Positions 8,969 to 19,895 of a stretch of DNA of 64,000 nucleotides are shown in pieces. Origin of the DNA: Candidatus Omnitrophota bacterium (GTDB taxonomy: Bacteria; Omnitrophota; Gorgyraeia; Zapsychrales; JAHFFX01); contig JAHFFY010000006.1 of the NCBI GenBank assembly GCA_023247705.1, positions 6,623 to 70,622 of the forward strand, written 5' to 3'. The number at the start of each line of letters is the position of its first letter. Positions within the stretch are counted from its first letter, which is position 1. The translations under genes were made by a program, and so were the position numbers. The notes beneath the pieces are model-generated. The model did no database searches. It was not told the DNA's origin and was given only the letters and a program-made list of their open reading frames with translations.

Positions 8969-9697
8969 ATGCCAATATTGCAATTGATGCGTTATCTATT
9001 CTGCTTCGCAAAAGCAATAGAGTTTTCCAGTGTTGCTTTGCAGCAATATTCTCCGAGCAGAATAATTGCTGTGAAACAAACACTGCTGTCCCTAGTACTT
9101 TTGCGAAGGAGAATAAAATCGTTAATCATTTTTCCTTTAGTGCTTTTTTGCTCCGGTTGCGTGGTCTCCTCAATCTCTCCTTTATTCACCGCCAAAGATT
9201 TAATTTCCGACCCCGCCTTGGTCGGTTCATGGTTGTCGATCGAACAGGGAAACCCGGAAGAAATCGCGAATATCAAAGAAGAGTCGACCAATCATTATGC
9301 ATTAGCTTTAAAAGATGCTTCGCAAGAAGACTTGTTCGATCTCTACGTGGTCCAGTTGGGTCAAGCCAGGTTTTTGGATCTTTTTCCTAAAGAAAAACAG
9401 CCGGGAGAATTTTCCAAAATGGAACGAGCCCCGCTTCATTTTTTTTATCGATATGAAATCGTTGAAAATAAACTGCGGTTATTTATGATTGATCCGGACT
9501 GGTTAGAAACCAAAGTCGAGGAAGAAAAGATCAATTTGAATTATAGCAGGATTGGGAAAAAATCAGACTGGTTTGGCCAGGAGATGATTTTAACTTCAAG
9601 CACCGAGGAGCTTCGGCAGTTTGTGATCAATTATGCTTTGCAGGATCCGAAAGCCTTTAAAGAAACGTCCGACGAACCGCTGGTCAAAAAAGAATAA
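8969..9697 (+). CDS. Hypothetical protein, possible lipoprotein
   Basis: Contains the lipobox-like sequence LVLFCSGC. The true start may be an internal codon, and the first ~40 codons are doubtful. Confidence 0.4.
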   Translation: MPILQLMRYLFCFAKAIEFSSVALQQYSPSRIIAVKQTLLSLVLLRRRIKSLIIFPLVLFCSGCVVSSISPLFTAKDLISDPALVGSWLSIEQGNPEEIANIKEESTNHYALALKDASQEDLFDLYVVQLGQARFLDLFPKEKQPGEFSKMERAPLHFFYRYEIVENKLRLFMIDPDWLETKVEEEKINLNYSRIGKKSDWFGQEMILTSSTEELRQFVINYALQDPKAFKETSDEPLVKKE

Positions 9698-11190
9698 TGA
9701 ATAAACAAGGCGCGTATATTCTTGCCATTGATCAAGGCACGACCGGTTCCCGGGCGATCATTTTTAATCGCCAGGGAACAATCGTCAGCGACGCCTATCA
9801 GGAGTTTAAACAGTATTTTCCAAAACCCGGCTGGGTCGAACATGATGCCGAAGAAATCTGGCGGTCGTGTGTCGCCGTAATCCAGCAAGCTCTCCGTAAA
9901 GCAAACATTTCATCTTCCAAGATCGCTGCCATCGGCATCACCAATCAGCGGGAAACGACCGTTGTCTGGAACCGCAGAACTTTCCAACCCGTGCATCGCG
10001 CGATCGTCTGGCAATGCCGGCGGACCGCGGCGTTGTGTGCCAGCGAACGTTTTAAAAAATATAGCGGATTCATTCGAAACAAAACCGGGCTTGTCCTCGA
10101 CGCGTATTTTTCCGGCACCAAGATCAAATGGCTTCTGGATGAAGTCAAAGGCCTGCGTCGGCGCGCGCAACGCGGAGACATTTGCTTTGGTACGATCGAC
10201 AGCTGGCTGATTTGGAATTTGACCGGCGGCAAGGTCCATGCGACCGACACAACCAATGCCTCGCGGACGTTACTTTTTAATATCCGGACGTTGCAGTGGG
10301 ACAAAGAGTTGCTTAAGATTTTTAATGTTCCTTCCAAGATCCTTCCTGAGGTGAAAGGTTCCGGATCGATTTTTGGTTACACGCAATCAGGTGTCGCCGG
10401 TTTAGCGGCGAGTATTCCCATTGCGGCGGTGATGGGTGATCAGCAATCGGCTTTGTACGGCCAGGGTTGTCATACCGCCGGCACCGTAAAAAATACTTAC
10501 GGGACCGGATGCTTTCTGGTTCTGAATACCGGCAAAAAATTTATTCATTCCAGTGAAGGCCTTTTAACGACTCTGGCGTGCGATGCGCGGGGCAAACCGG
10601 TTTACGCGCTCGAGGGATCGGTTTTTATTGCCGGGGCCGCGATCCAGTGGCTGCGCGATCAACTGGGCGTTTTGCAGCGTTCAGGCGATTCGGAAAAGAT
10701 GATTCAAGGATTGAAAGATACCGTCGGGGTCTATTTTGTCCCAGCCTTTACCGGTTTAGGCGCACCGTACTGGAACAGTGAGGCGCGGGGACTGATTTGC
10801 GGTTTGACGCGCGGGGCCAACAAAAACCATATTGTCCGGGCGGCGCTGGAAGCGATGGCGTATCAAACCAAAGATGTTTTTGATCTGATGCAAAAATATT
10901 CTCAATCCAGAATCAAAGAATTGAAGGTCGACGGCGGCGCCTGTCAGAATAATTTCCTGATGCAGTTTCAGTCTGATATGCTCGGCATCCCGATTGTCCG
11001 TCCGAAAATCGTCGAGTCCACGGCCAAAGGGGTCGCCCATTTAGCCGGGCTGACGGTTGGGCTGTGGCGGAAAAAAGATTTAGAAAGCTTTCAGCAAAAG
11101 GACCGGGTTTTTGTCTCCGCAATGGCGGTTGCGCAAAGAAAAGAGAAATATGAGGGCTGGCGGGTTGCGGTGGGGCGGGCGTTAAATTAG
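9697..11190 (+). CDS. glpK: Glycerol kinase
   Basis: Matches the canonical GlpK N-terminus (ILAIDQGTTGSRAIIF, GWVEHDAEEIW, AIGITNQRETTVVWNR). Length is 497 aa and the gene ends with TAG. Confidence 0.92.
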   Translation: MNKQGAYILAIDQGTTGSRAIIFNRQGTIVSDAYQEFKQYFPKPGWVEHDAEEIWRSCVAVIQQALRKANISSSKIAAIGITNQRETTVVWNRRTFQPVHRAIVWQCRRTAALCASERFKKYSGFIRNKTGLVLDAYFSGTKIKWLLDEVKGLRRRAQRGDICFGTIDSWLIWNLTGGKVHATDTTNASRTLLFNIRTLQWDKELLKIFNVPSKILPEVKGSGSIFGYTQSGVAGLAASIPIAAVMGDQQSALYGQGCHTAGTVKNTYGTGCFLVLNTGKKFIHSSEGLLTTLACDARGKPVYALEGSVFIAGAAIQWLRDQLGVLQRSGDSEKMIQGLKDTVGVYFVPAFTGLGAPYWNSEARGLICGLTRGANKNHIVRAALEAMAYQTKDVFDLMQKYSQSRIKELKVDGGACQNNFLMQFQSDMLGIPIVRPKIVESTAKGVAHLAGLTVGLWRKKDLESFQQKDRVFVSAMAVAQRKEKYEGWRVAVGRALN

Positions 11191-11217
11191 AGTCATAAAT
11201 TGAATTTAGGAGAAAAT

Positions 11218-11652
11218 ATGAGCCCGGTGATTATTGCAGTCATAGGAGTGTTTAGTACTTTATTAACTTATTATTTTACAAAAAGTAAAGAGATTGAAGC
11301 GGAACAACGTAAATTAAAATTAAAATATTATGAAAATTTTATCAAGGCTCTAAGTGATGTAGCCATTGATAATCATGATGACGATGCTCAAAGAAGATTA
11401 TCAGAAGGTTTTAATAGTTTAATTGTCATAGCCTCTCCTAAAGTTGTACAACGTCTTATGGAATTTCATGATTTTATTCGTCCTTCTAATACCGAATTGC
11501 CAAGAGAGTCCAAGGAATGGCTCTATAAACATGATGAATTTTTACGGATTTTAGTTAAAGAAATTCGGAAGGATATTTATGGTATAGAAAATGGTGTTGA
11601 GAAAGCCCTCATTCATCTACACTTAATTGGACAAAATCCGAAATCAAAGTAA
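11218..11652 (+). CDS. Hypothetical small membrane-anchored protein in an AT-rich insertion
   Basis: AGGAG SD upstream of the ATG at 11218. The N-terminal TM segment is MSPVIIAVIGVFSTLLTYYF. Local composition is clearly more AT-rich than the flanking glpK and glpD genes. Confidence 0.5.
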   Translation: MSPVIIAVIGVFSTLLTYYFTKSKEIEAEQRKLKLKYYENFIKALSDVAIDNHDDDAQRRLSEGFNSLIVIASPKVVQRLMEFHDFIRPSNTELPRESKEWLYKHDEFLRILVKEIRKDIYGIENGVEKALIHLHLIGQNPKSK

Positions 11653-11667
11653 TCCTCTAATATTTTG

Positions 11668-11696
11668 TTGATTGTCTAATCCCCCTTAGTTATACT
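11668..11696 (+). promoter_or_regulatory. Sigma70-type promoter TTGATT-N17-TATACT for the TA operon
   Basis: Hexamers and spacing were read directly. The -10 overlaps the start of the palindrome listed next. Confidence 0.5.
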
Positions 11697-11726
11697 TCTT
11701 GTGGACTCAATTGAGTCTACAAGAAG
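11695..11726 (+). promoter_or_regulatory. 32-bp near-perfect palindrome, likely the TA autoregulatory operator
   Basis: CTTCTTGTGGACTCAA/TTGAGTCTACAAGAAG matches at 15 of 16 positions in inverted orientation. It spans the -10 and the transcription start region, 15 nt before the antitoxin ATG. Confidence 0.55.
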
Positions 11727-11740
11727 ATTATGAAAGGATT

Positions 11741-12040
11741 ATGAATATGAAATTAGCAATTAATTTGTTGAAAGCTCCGCACATCGGTATTCGAGATTTA
11801 AAAGGCCATTTATCAGAATTTCTTAAGAAAGAAAAGCCAGTGGTTGTAACTGACCGAGGTCAACCCATCAATGTGATCCTGCCTTATGAAGAAATGCTTG
11901 AATTACTCGATATCCTTGATGAAATGGATGACGAAGAAACCAAGAAAACGATTGAGGAAGGAAGAAAATCAATCCGACGGGGAGAAGCAGGGATTCCCGT
12001 CTCCAACCTTTTTAAACAGGTCCGTTCTAAACGGAAATGA
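11741..12040 (+). CDS. Type II antitoxin, Phd/YefM-like
   Basis: Small acidic protein. The sequence VVVTDRGQPINVILPYEEMLELLDILDE resembles Phd/YefM. It overlaps the toxin gene by 4 nt (ATGA). Start is placed at the ATG with an AAAGGA SD; the track ORF started earlier, inside the palindrome. Confidence 0.65.
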   Translation: MNMKLAINLLKAPHIGIRDLKGHLSEFLKKEKPVVVTDRGQPINVILPYEEMLELLDILDEMDDEETKKTIEEGRKSIRRGEAGIPVSNLFKQVRSKRK

Positions 12041-12345
12041 AATATTCCGCCAGATTTCCCAATCAATCTATCCAAAAGAAATTTGAGAAGGCGCTTCTAG
12101 AAATCCCGCAGAAGAACATTCAGGACAGTATTATGGAAATGATTGAAGGCTTGGAAGAAAATCCTCGCCCTTTCGGCCAGAAAATATTTAAAACTTTAAA
12201 ACCATCGATCAGGTTATGGCAATGGTCCGCGCAATATCGGTTGCGCGCGGGAGATGATCGTATTCTTTATGATGTTGATGATGAGCGGAAGATCGTGTGG
12301 ATTCTGGCTTTGAGAAAAAGGAACGAACAGATTTATAAATCGTAA
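12037..12345 (+). CDS. Type II toxin, RelE/ParE superfamily
   Basis: 102-aa basic protein. The C-terminus (YRLRAGDDRILYDVDDERKIVWILALRKR) matches the RelE/ParE signature. Confidence 0.7.
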   Translation: MKYSARFPNQSIQKKFEKALLEIPQKNIQDSIMEMIEGLEENPRPFGQKIFKTLKPSIRLWQWSAQYRLRAGDDRILYDVDDERKIVWILALRKRNEQIYKS

Positions 12346-12355
12346 GGTTGTTTTT

Positions 12356-13858
12356 ATGTTAAGAGACATTTCTCTTTTTTCAAAGACACAGTATGATGTT
12401 TTGATCGTCGGTGGCGGAATCAACGGTGCGGCGATTGCCAATGTGGCGGCGGCCAATGGCCTCAAAGTGGCGCTTTTGGAAAAAGGGGACTTTGCCAGCG
12501 GGACCTCCAGCAAATCGACGAAGTTGATTCACGGCGGGATCCGTTATTTAGAGCGGTTTGAATTCGATCTGGTTCGTGAATCGCTTAAAGAGCGTTACAT
12601 CCAGTTAAAAAGCGTTCCCTATCTCGTCAAACCGTTAGGGTTCATTATTCCCGTCTATAAAACGGACCGGCGGCCGTTATGGATGATTCAATTGGGTGTG
12701 TGGTTGTATGATTTTTTAAGCGGTAAATACAAGATAGGATCTCATCAATTTTTAACCAAAGAGACGGTTTCCAAATTTGTTCCGGCGATCAACACCCAGG
12801 ATTTAATCGGTGGCGTTACTTATTATGACGTGCAGATGGATGACGCGCGGTTGTGTTTGGAAAATGTTTTGATGGCCACCCGGCGCGGCGCGCACGTGGC
12901 CAATTATGTCGAGGTGAACGGATTTATCCAGGAACAAGGGAAGGTCGTGGGCGTCAGGTCTCGGGACATACTAGGACAACAGACCGTTGTCGTTCGAGCC
13001 AAACATGTCGTTTGCGCCGGCGGGCCGTGGACGAATCGTCTGCTCAAATTGACGGATGCGGCGCAGCCGGATAAAATCCGCCTCACCAAAGGGATTCATA
13101 TCATTTATCGCGGGCAGACCGCCCGCGAAGCCCTTTTAATAACTTCACAACAAGATCAGCGTATTTTTTTCATTATTCCATGGATGGGAAATTCCCTGAT
13201 CGGTACAACGGATACGGATTACCGTGGCGATCCGGATCACCTCGAGGTAGAGCCGCAGGACATTCAATATCTTCTGACGCAGGCCAGGCGTGTTTTGCCG
13301 GGCATGGATTTTAAAGAAAGCAATATCATCACGACCTTCGCTGGATTGCGTCCGCTGTTGAATGCGCCGGGCGCGCCGTCGGATCTTTCGCGGAAACATT
13401 CGATTGAAAAAACACCTTCCGGTGTTTGGGTTGTGATCGGAGGAAAATACACGACGTATCGTAAGATCGCCGAGGATTGCGTTAAAAGATTTATTCCGGT
13501 TAAGACCGACGATCAGTATCCGCTTTATGGAAGCGGGATGATCAAAGAAAAGACGGCTGACATCGCCGCGCAATCCGGCATCGCCGCGGCCACGATGGAA
13601 TATTTGATGAATAAATACGGTACACGCTACCAGGATGTTGTTGCTTTGACTCAAAAAAATCCTGAATTGAAAAAGCCGATCTGTTCCTGTTCCCCGGCGA
13701 TCGCCGCCCAGATTGTTTATGCCGTCGAAACGGAAATGGCCCAAACCAAAGAAGACATCATCGAACGGCGGTTAGGGTTAAAATATCTGGACTGCCCGAC
13801 AAAGGCCTGTGAGAAAAATATTGAAAAGTTGATGACGTTAAGTTTTTCTAATTCTTGA
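12356..13858 (+). CDS. glpD: FAD-dependent glycerol-3-phosphate dehydrogenase
   Basis: FAD-binding DVLIVGGGINGAAIA is present near the N-terminus, and the protein has GlpD/GlpA-like length and motifs. It is the functional partner of glpK. Confidence 0.85.
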   Translation: MLRDISLFSKTQYDVLIVGGGINGAAIANVAAANGLKVALLEKGDFASGTSSKSTKLIHGGIRYLERFEFDLVRESLKERYIQLKSVPYLVKPLGFIIPVYKTDRRPLWMIQLGVWLYDFLSGKYKIGSHQFLTKETVSKFVPAINTQDLIGGVTYYDVQMDDARLCLENVLMATRRGAHVANYVEVNGFIQEQGKVVGVRSRDILGQQTVVVRAKHVVCAGGPWTNRLLKLTDAAQPDKIRLTKGIHIIYRGQTAREALLITSQQDQRIFFIIPWMGNSLIGTTDTDYRGDPDHLEVEPQDIQYLLTQARRVLPGMDFKESNIITTFAGLRPLLNAPGAPSDLSRKHSIEKTPSGVWVVIGGKYTTYRKIAEDCVKRFIPVKTDDQYPLYGSGMIKEKTADIAAQSGIAAATMEYLMNKYGTRYQDVVALTQKNPELKKPICSCSPAIAAQIVYAVETEMAQTKEDIIERRLGLKYLDCPTKACEKNIEKLMTLSFSNS

Positions 13859-13941
13859 CAAACAGAAACACAATGTTATAGTGTTTAAGGCTTGGAAGGA
13901 ATTCCTGCCTAGAACAAAATAATTCCACAAATTTCTATGAC

Positions 13942-15054
13942 ATGCCCAAAGCTATTCTTTATTTAGAAGACGGGACCAGCTTTATAGGTCAATCTTTATC
14001 CACGACAGGAGAAACAGCAGGCGAAGTTGTCTTTAATACCGCGATGACGGGCTATCAGGAGGTTTTAACCGACCCGTCGTACGCCGGCCAGATTGTCGTC
14101 ATGACCTATCCTTTGATCGGGAACTACGGGGTCAACCCGGAAGATGTCGAATCGAAGGGCGTTCACGTCAAAGGGTTTGTCGTCAAAGAATTTTGCCGCC
14201 GTCATTCCAATTTCCGCGCCACCCAAAGTCTCATCGCCTATCTCAATGAAAACAAAATTATTGCCGTGGAAGGCATCGACACCCGCGCGTTGACGCGGCA
14301 TCTGCGGCTTTCGGGTGCCATGAAAGGGATGATTTCGACGAAGGATTTTGATCTCAAGAGTCTAGCGAAAAAATTAAAAGCCATCCCCAGCATGGAAGGC
14401 GGAAACTGGGTCAAGGAAGTCACGACCAAGAAAAAATATATCTGGAAATCCGAAGGGAAAAAAGCGACCAAGAAACCGCGTTTCAAAGTCGCCGCGATCG
14501 ATTGTGGAATTAAATTTAATATTTTGCGGATTCTGGAACAGCACGGCTGCGAAACCCATGTGTTTCCCGCTAATGCGAAATTTTCCGAGGTCATGGCCAT
14601 CAAACCCGATGGCCTTTTTCTTTCCAACGGTCCGGGAGATCCCGCGGTTGTGACCGATGTCATCAAGTTGACTAAACAAGCGGCCGGGAAATTGCCGGTC
14701 TTCGGGATTTGTTTGGGAAATCAGATTGTTGGATTGGCCCTCGGCGGTAAAACCTATAAATTGAAATTCGGTCACCACGGCGCTAATCATCCGGTCAAAG
14801 ATCTCGAGAGCCAACGCATCGGGATTACCTCGCAGAACCACGGGTTTTGTGTCGATATGAAAAGCCTCAATCCGGATGAAGTGGAATTGATTCATATGAA
14901 TTTGAACGATCAAACGGTGGAAGGGTTGCGTCATAAGAAGTTTCCTTTGTTTTCAATCCAATATCACCCGGAAGCGGCCCCCGGCCCGACCGACGCGCAG
15001 TATTTGTTTGATGAGTTTATTCGGATGATGGAATGTCATAAGAAAAAGAAATGA
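13942..15054 (+). CDS. carA: Carbamoyl-phosphate synthase small (glutaminase) subunit
   Basis: The CarA N-domain is followed by a class-I GATase domain (GICLGNQ, HHGANHP). Confidence 0.92.
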   Translation: MPKAILYLEDGTSFIGQSLSTTGETAGEVVFNTAMTGYQEVLTDPSYAGQIVVMTYPLIGNYGVNPEDVESKGVHVKGFVVKEFCRRHSNFRATQSLIAYLNENKIIAVEGIDTRALTRHLRLSGAMKGMISTKDFDLKSLAKKLKAIPSMEGGNWVKEVTTKKKYIWKSEGKKATKKPRFKVAAIDCGIKFNILRILEQHGCETHVFPANAKFSEVMAIKPDGLFLSNGPGDPAVVTDVIKLTKQAAGKLPVFGICLGNQIVGLALGGKTYKLKFGHHGANHPVKDLESQRIGITSQNHGFCVDMKSLNPDEVELIHMNLNDQTVEGLRHKKFPLFSIQYHPEAAPGPTDAQYLFDEFIRMMECHKKKK

Positions 15055-15133
15055 TTGCGTGATTCGTCGTTCGTGACTCGGGGTTCGTTTTAACGATCCA
15101 CGAACAATGAACAACGATTCACGAACAACGAAA

Positions 15134-18100
15134 ATGCCACGACGCACAGACATTAAAAAGATATTACTCATCGGCTCCGGCCCGATCGTCATCGGCCAGG
15201 CCTGCGAATTCGATTACTCCGGCACCCAGGCCTGCAAGGCCCTGCGGGAAGAGGGATTTGAGATTGTGTTGGTCAATTCCAATCCGGCGACGATCATGAC
15301 CGATCCCGAGATCGCCGACCAAACCTACATTGAACCGTTGAACCCGGAATTTATCGAACGGATTATCGAAAAGGAACGGCCTGACGCGATTCTCCCGACT
15401 TTGGGCGGGCAGACTGCTTTAAACATTGCGATGAAATTGTGCGAAGGGGGAGTTTTGGAACGCTATAACGTGAAGATGTTGGGTGCGAATTATGATGTGA
15501 TCAAAAAGGCCGAGGACCGGGAATGTTTCAAGAAGGCGGTCCTGAAAGTCGGACTGGATGTGCCGCGTAGCACCTTCGCCCATACTCTTGAGGAAGCCCG
15601 TAAGGCCGCCAAGTCGATCAAATTTCCTTTGATTATCCGCCCGAGTTATACCTTAGGCGGAACCGGCGGCGGGATCGCGCGCGACATGAATGAATTAGAA
15701 AAAATTGCGGCGCTTGGGATTGAAAGCAGCATGATCCACGAGGTTTTGATTGAAGAATCGATCGAAGGGTGGAAAGAGTATGAGTTGGAGGTCATGCGCG
15801 ATAACAAAGATAACGTGGTGATTGTTTGTTCGATTGAAAATTTAGACCCCATGGGGATTCATACCGGAGATAGTATCACGGTCGCCCCGGCGCAGACGTT
15901 GACCGACCGTGAGTATCAGGCGATGCGCAACGCGTCTTTGGCGTTGATCCGCGAGATCGGGGTTGAGACCGGAGGATCGAATATTCAGTTTGCCGTCAAT
16001 CCTAGGAATGGACGGATGGTGGTCATTGAAATGAATCCGCGCGTTTCGCGTTCGTCGGCTTTGGCGAGTAAGGCGACAGGTTTTCCGATTGCCAAATTTG
16101 CTGCAAAATTGGCGGTGGGATATTCCCTTGATGAAATTCAAAATGATATCACCCGCGAGACCCCGGCTTCCTTCGAACCCACGATCGATTATTGTGTGGT
16201 GAAAGCACCGCGTTTTACCTTTGAAAAATTTCCGGAGGCCAAAGATATTTTGGGTGTTTCCATGAAATCCGTCGGTGAAACCATGGCCATCGGCCGCACG
16301 TTTAAAGAAGCTCTGCAAAAGGCCTTACGCGGGTTGGAGATCGGGCATACCGGACTTGATAATAAGGTCGATTTCAAAACGATTCCTGATGAAAAAGTCC
16401 GTCAGCGTCTGGAAGAACCCAACGCCTCGCGCATTTTTTATATTAAATACGCCCTGCAGAAAAAATGGTCGATTGAAAAGATCGCCAAGCTGACGAAGAT
16501 CGATCCGTGGTTTATCGACCAGATCGCGCAGATCGAAGAATTTGAACATATTATTCAGCATGAATTGACACATAGCCTTCGTCTGGGGACCAGGGCATTG
16601 ACCAAGCAACTACTGGCGGATACAAAAAAAGGGACGTTAAAGTCCGGTGGGAAGGCCACGCGATTCCTGAAAAAAGAAGAAAATGACGATGTCGAGATTT
16701 TACGCAAAGCCAAACAGCTCGGCTTCAGCGACGCACAATTAGCGGTTATGGCCAGCGTCAAAGAGGAAGAGATCCGGGCGTTGCGAAAATCCCTAGGCAT
16801 TAAAGCGACTTTTAAAATGGTTGATACCTGTGCCGCTGAGTTTGAAGCTTATACGCCGTATTTTTATTCGACGTATGAAAGTGAGGATGAAGCTGTTTTG
16901 CAAAACGAGGCCTTAACGAAACGCGCGCGATTGCCCCGGAAAAAGATTATGATTTTAGGCGGCGGGCCCAACCGGATCGGCCAAGGGATCGAATTTGATT
17001 ATTGCTGCTGCCATGCCTCCTTCGCCCTCAAAGAGATGGGTTATGAAACCATTATGGTGAATTCCAATCCCGAGACCGTGTCGACGGATTATGATACCTC
17101 TGATCGTTTATACTTCGAGCCGTTAACGTTCGAAGATGTGATGAATGTTATTGAAGTGGAAAAACCTAACGGCGTCATTGTGCAGTTCGGCGGGCAGACG
17201 CCGTTAAATCTGGCCAAACGGTTGCATCAGGCCGGTGTTTCAATCATCGGAACAAGTGTCGCGTCGATCGATTTGGCCGAGAACCGGGAATTGTTTGCAT
17301 CGTTTATCCGAAAACTCGGATTGCTGCAGCCCGAGAATGGATCGGCGATGTCGGTCAAAGAAGTTTTGGAAATTGCTTCCCGGATTGGTTATCCGGTGCT
17401 GGCCCGGCCGTCCTATGTTTTAGGCGGACGCGCCATGCGTATTGTTTATGATCAACAGTCTTTAATGTTGTTTATTGATGAAGCCCAAAAGGTTTCGCAA
17501 GGGCATCCGGTGCTCATCGATAAATTTATTGAAGACGCGATTGAAGTGGATGTGGATGCGATTTGCGATGGAGAATCCGTTTATGTCGCTGGGATCATGG
17601 AACATATTGAGAATGCAGGGATCCATTCCGGAGATTCCGCCTGCGTTTTGCCCCCGCACACAATCAGCGAGTCGTTGGTGAAAGCAATTAAAGACCAAAC
17701 GCGACGCATTGCGATCAATTTGAATGTTATTGGGCTTTTGAATATCCAGTTCGCGATTAAGAACGGCAAGATCTATGTTTTAGAGGTCAATCCGCGCGCG
17801 TCGAGGACATCGCCTTTTGTCAGCAAGGCAACGGGTGTTCCTTTGGCCAGGATTGCCGCGCAGATCATGGCCGGGAAAAAGTTAAGCGATTTCAATCTTT
17901 CGGAGAATGAAACTTTAAAGCACGTTTCCGTTAAAGAGTCGGTTTTGCCTTTTTCGCGTTTTTCCGGTGTGGATATCGTTTTAGGTCCGGAAATGAAATC
18001 AACCGGTGAAGTGATGGGCATTGATGTGAGCTTTGGGGCGGCCTTTGCCAAATCGCAGATCTGTGCCAATCAGGCCTTGCCTAAAAAAGGAAAAATTTTT

Positions 18101-18505
18101 ATCAGCGTCAATGATGCGGACAAACGCCACATCCTTTTTCTGGCCAAACGTCTGATCGATTTGAAATTTTCACTTGTATCCACCGAAGGGACGGCGAAAG
18201 TTTTGCGTTCGGGAGGCGTTAAGGTCGAAACGGTTGATAAACATGAAGAGGGACGAAACAATCTGTTGACATTGATTAAAAAAAATGAGATAAATCTGAT
18301 TATCAATACACCTTCAGGAAAAAAGAGTCAATCAGATATGCGGGCAATTCGGGCGGCTGCCATTTTACATAATGTCCCCTGTATCACAACTCTTCAAGGA
18401 GCTCACGCCGCAGTCAACGGGATTGAGGCGAGTCTAGAGAAAGAATTCTCCGTTCAATCATTACAAGATTACTACAATGAAAGGCACTTAAAATGTGCGG
18501 TATAA
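15134..18505 (+). CDS. carB: Carbamoyl-phosphate synthase large subunit
   Basis: Duplicated ATP-grasp halves ([21 protein letters not shown] and [21 protein letters not shown]) and an MGS-like C-terminus. Start is placed at the internal ATG 15134; the upstream extension MNNDSRTTK lies over an inverted-repeat region. Confidence 0.92.
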   Translation: MPRRTDIKKILLIGSGPIVIGQACEFDYSGTQACKALREEGFEIVLVNSNPATIMTDPEIADQTYIEPLNPEFIERIIEKERPDAILPTLGGQTALNIAMKLCEGGVLERYNVKMLGANYDVIKKAEDRECFKKAVLKVGLDVPRSTFAHTLEEARKAAKSIKFPLIIRPSYTLGGTGGGIARDMNELEKIAALGIESSMIHEVLIEESIEGWKEYELEVMRDNKDNVVIVCSIENLDPMGIHTGDSITVAPAQTLTDREYQAMRNASLALIREIGVETGGSNIQFAVNPRNGRMVVIEMNPRVSRSSALASKATGFPIAKFAAKLAVGYSLDEIQNDITRETPASFEPTIDYCVVKAPRFTFEKFPEAKDILGVSMKSVGETMAIGRTFKEALQKALRGLEIGHTGLDNKVDFKTIPDEKVRQRLEEPNASRIFYIKYALQKKWSIEKIAKLTKIDPWFIDQIAQIEEFEHIIQHELTHSLRLGTRALTKQLLADTKKGTLKSGGKATRFLKKEENDDVEILRKAKQLGFSDAQLAVMASVKEEEIRALRKSLGIKATFKMVDTCAAEFEAYTPYFYSTYESEDEAVLQNEALTKRARLPRKKIMILGGGPNRIGQGIEFDYCCCHASFALKEMGYETIMVNSNPETVSTDYDTSDRLYFEPLTFEDVMNVIEVEKPNGVIVQFGGQTPLNLAKRLHQAGVSIIGTSVASIDLAENRELFASFIRKLGLLQPENGSAMSVKEVLEIASRIGYPVLARPSYVLGGRAMRIVYDQQSLMLFIDEAQKVSQGHPVLIDKFIEDAIEVDVDAICDGESVYVAGIMEHIENAGIHSGDSACVLPPHTISESLVKAIKDQTRRIAINLNVIGLLNIQFAIKNGKIYVLEVNPRASRTSPFVSKATGVPLARIAAQIMAGKKLSDFNLSENETLKHVSVKESVLPFSRFSGVDIVLGPEMKSTGEVMGIDVSFGAAFAKSQICANQALPKKGKIFISVNDADKRHILFLAKRLIDLKFSLVSTEGTAKVLRSGGVKVETVDKHEEGRNNLLTLIKKNEINLIINTPSGKKSQSDMRAIRAAAILHNVPCITTLQGAHAAVNGIEASLEKEFSVQSLQDYYNERHLKCAV

Positions 18506-19884
18506 TCGGCGTTTCTAATCATGAAGAAGCGGCTAAAGTTGCTTTTTTGGGGCTTTATGCTTTGCAACACCGGGGAGAAGAAGCGGCCGGAATCGCTTCT
18601 TATGACGGCAAAGACATTCATATTACGAAAGCGGTGGGATTAGTCGCTGATGCCTTTGATGAAAGATCGTTGGGTGCTCTTAAAGGGAATGTTTCGATCG
18701 GGCATTCACGGTATTCCACAACCGGATCCAGTAATGTAAAAAACGTCCAGCCGTTTCTTGCTATGCATCGCAACAAACCATTGGCCGTCGCGCACAACGG
18801 TAACCTGACCAATACAGAAACCCTCTATAAAAGACTCGAGGACGAAGGCGCTATTTTTCAGACCTCGATGGATTCAGAGATCATCGTGCATTTATTAGCC
18901 AGAATGAAAAACGGCGATATCAAAGACCGTTTTATCAGTGTCCTTTCTCAATTGGAGGGGGCTTTTTCTTTGGTGTTGCTGGTTGGCGATATGATCGTCG
19001 GGGTCCGTGATCCTCAGGGGTTCCGCCCGTTGTGCTTAGGAAAATTGGGAGACGGATATATTTTAGCGAGTGAAACCTGTGCTCTGGATTTGACCAAGGC
19101 CGAGTTTGTCCGGGAGATCGAGGCGGGGGAAGTGGTGCTGATTACGGGAAATAAGATTGAATCGTTTTTCTTGCCGGAGAAGCCCAATCGTAATAAATCT
19201 TTTTGTATCTTTGAAAATATTTATTTTGCCCGTCCGGACAGCAATATTTTTTCAGATAATGTTTATCAGGTCAGGAAGCGATTGGGCGCGCGATTGGCCC
19301 GGGAGCATCCGGTCAAGGCCGATTTTGTGATGGCTATTCCGGATTCCGGAAATTACGCCGCGTTGGGTTATTCTCAGGAATTAAATATCCCCTTAGAAGT
19401 GGCGATGATTCGCAATCATTATATTGGACGGACGTTTATTCAGCCGTCGCAATTCATGAGAGATTTCAGGGTGAGGGTGAAACTGAATCCGATTAAAACG
19501 GTCTTAAAAGATAAAAAAATTATCGTCATCGAAGATTCAATTGTCCGGGGTACAACCAGCCGCAGCCGTGTCGAGGAACTCAGAAAAGCCGGTGTCAAAG
19601 AAATCCATATGCGGATCAGTTGTCCTCCGATCAGGTTTCCTTGTTTTTATGGAATTGATTTCCCGAGCCAATCCGAATTGATCGCGGCCAATAAAAGTGT
19701 GAAAGAGATCGCGGATTTCATTAAAGTCGATTCTTTGGAATATTTGAGCCTTGAGGGGATGCTGAGCGTGGTCAAGGCATCCAAAGATTTTTGCCACGCT
19801 TGTTTTAGCGGACGGTATCCGGTCCCGATTTCAACGACGCAGGGAAAATATCTGCTTGAAACAAATAAAACAACCGGCTCGTAA
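18493..19884 (+). CDS. purF: Amidophosphoribosyltransferase
   Basis: Ntn MCGIIGV start, followed by PRTase and [4Fe-4S]-type C-terminal regions. Overlaps the carB stop. Confidence 0.9.
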   Translation: MCGIIGVSNHEEAAKVAFLGLYALQHRGEEAAGIASYDGKDIHITKAVGLVADAFDERSLGALKGNVSIGHSRYSTTGSSNVKNVQPFLAMHRNKPLAVAHNGNLTNTETLYKRLEDEGAIFQTSMDSEIIVHLLARMKNGDIKDRFISVLSQLEGAFSLVLLVGDMIVGVRDPQGFRPLCLGKLGDGYILASETCALDLTKAEFVREIEAGEVVLITGNKIESFFLPEKPNRNKSFCIFENIYFARPDSNIFSDNVYQVRKRLGARLAREHPVKADFVMAIPDSGNYAALGYSQELNIPLEVAMIRNHYIGRTFIQPSQFMRDFRVRVKLNPIKTVLKDKKIIVIEDSIVRGTTSRSRVEELRKAGVKEIHMRISCPPIRFPCFYGIDFPSQSELIAANKSVKEIADFIKVDSLEYLSLEGMLSVVKASKDFCHACFSGRYPVPISTTQGKYLLETNKTTGS

Positions 19885-19895
19885 GGAGACGATGT

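Noticed and set aside
15107-15133. N-terminal extension MNNDSRTTK of carB
   Set aside because: CarB homologues begin near the [16 protein letters not shown] segment. The extension coincides with the inverted-repeat linker.
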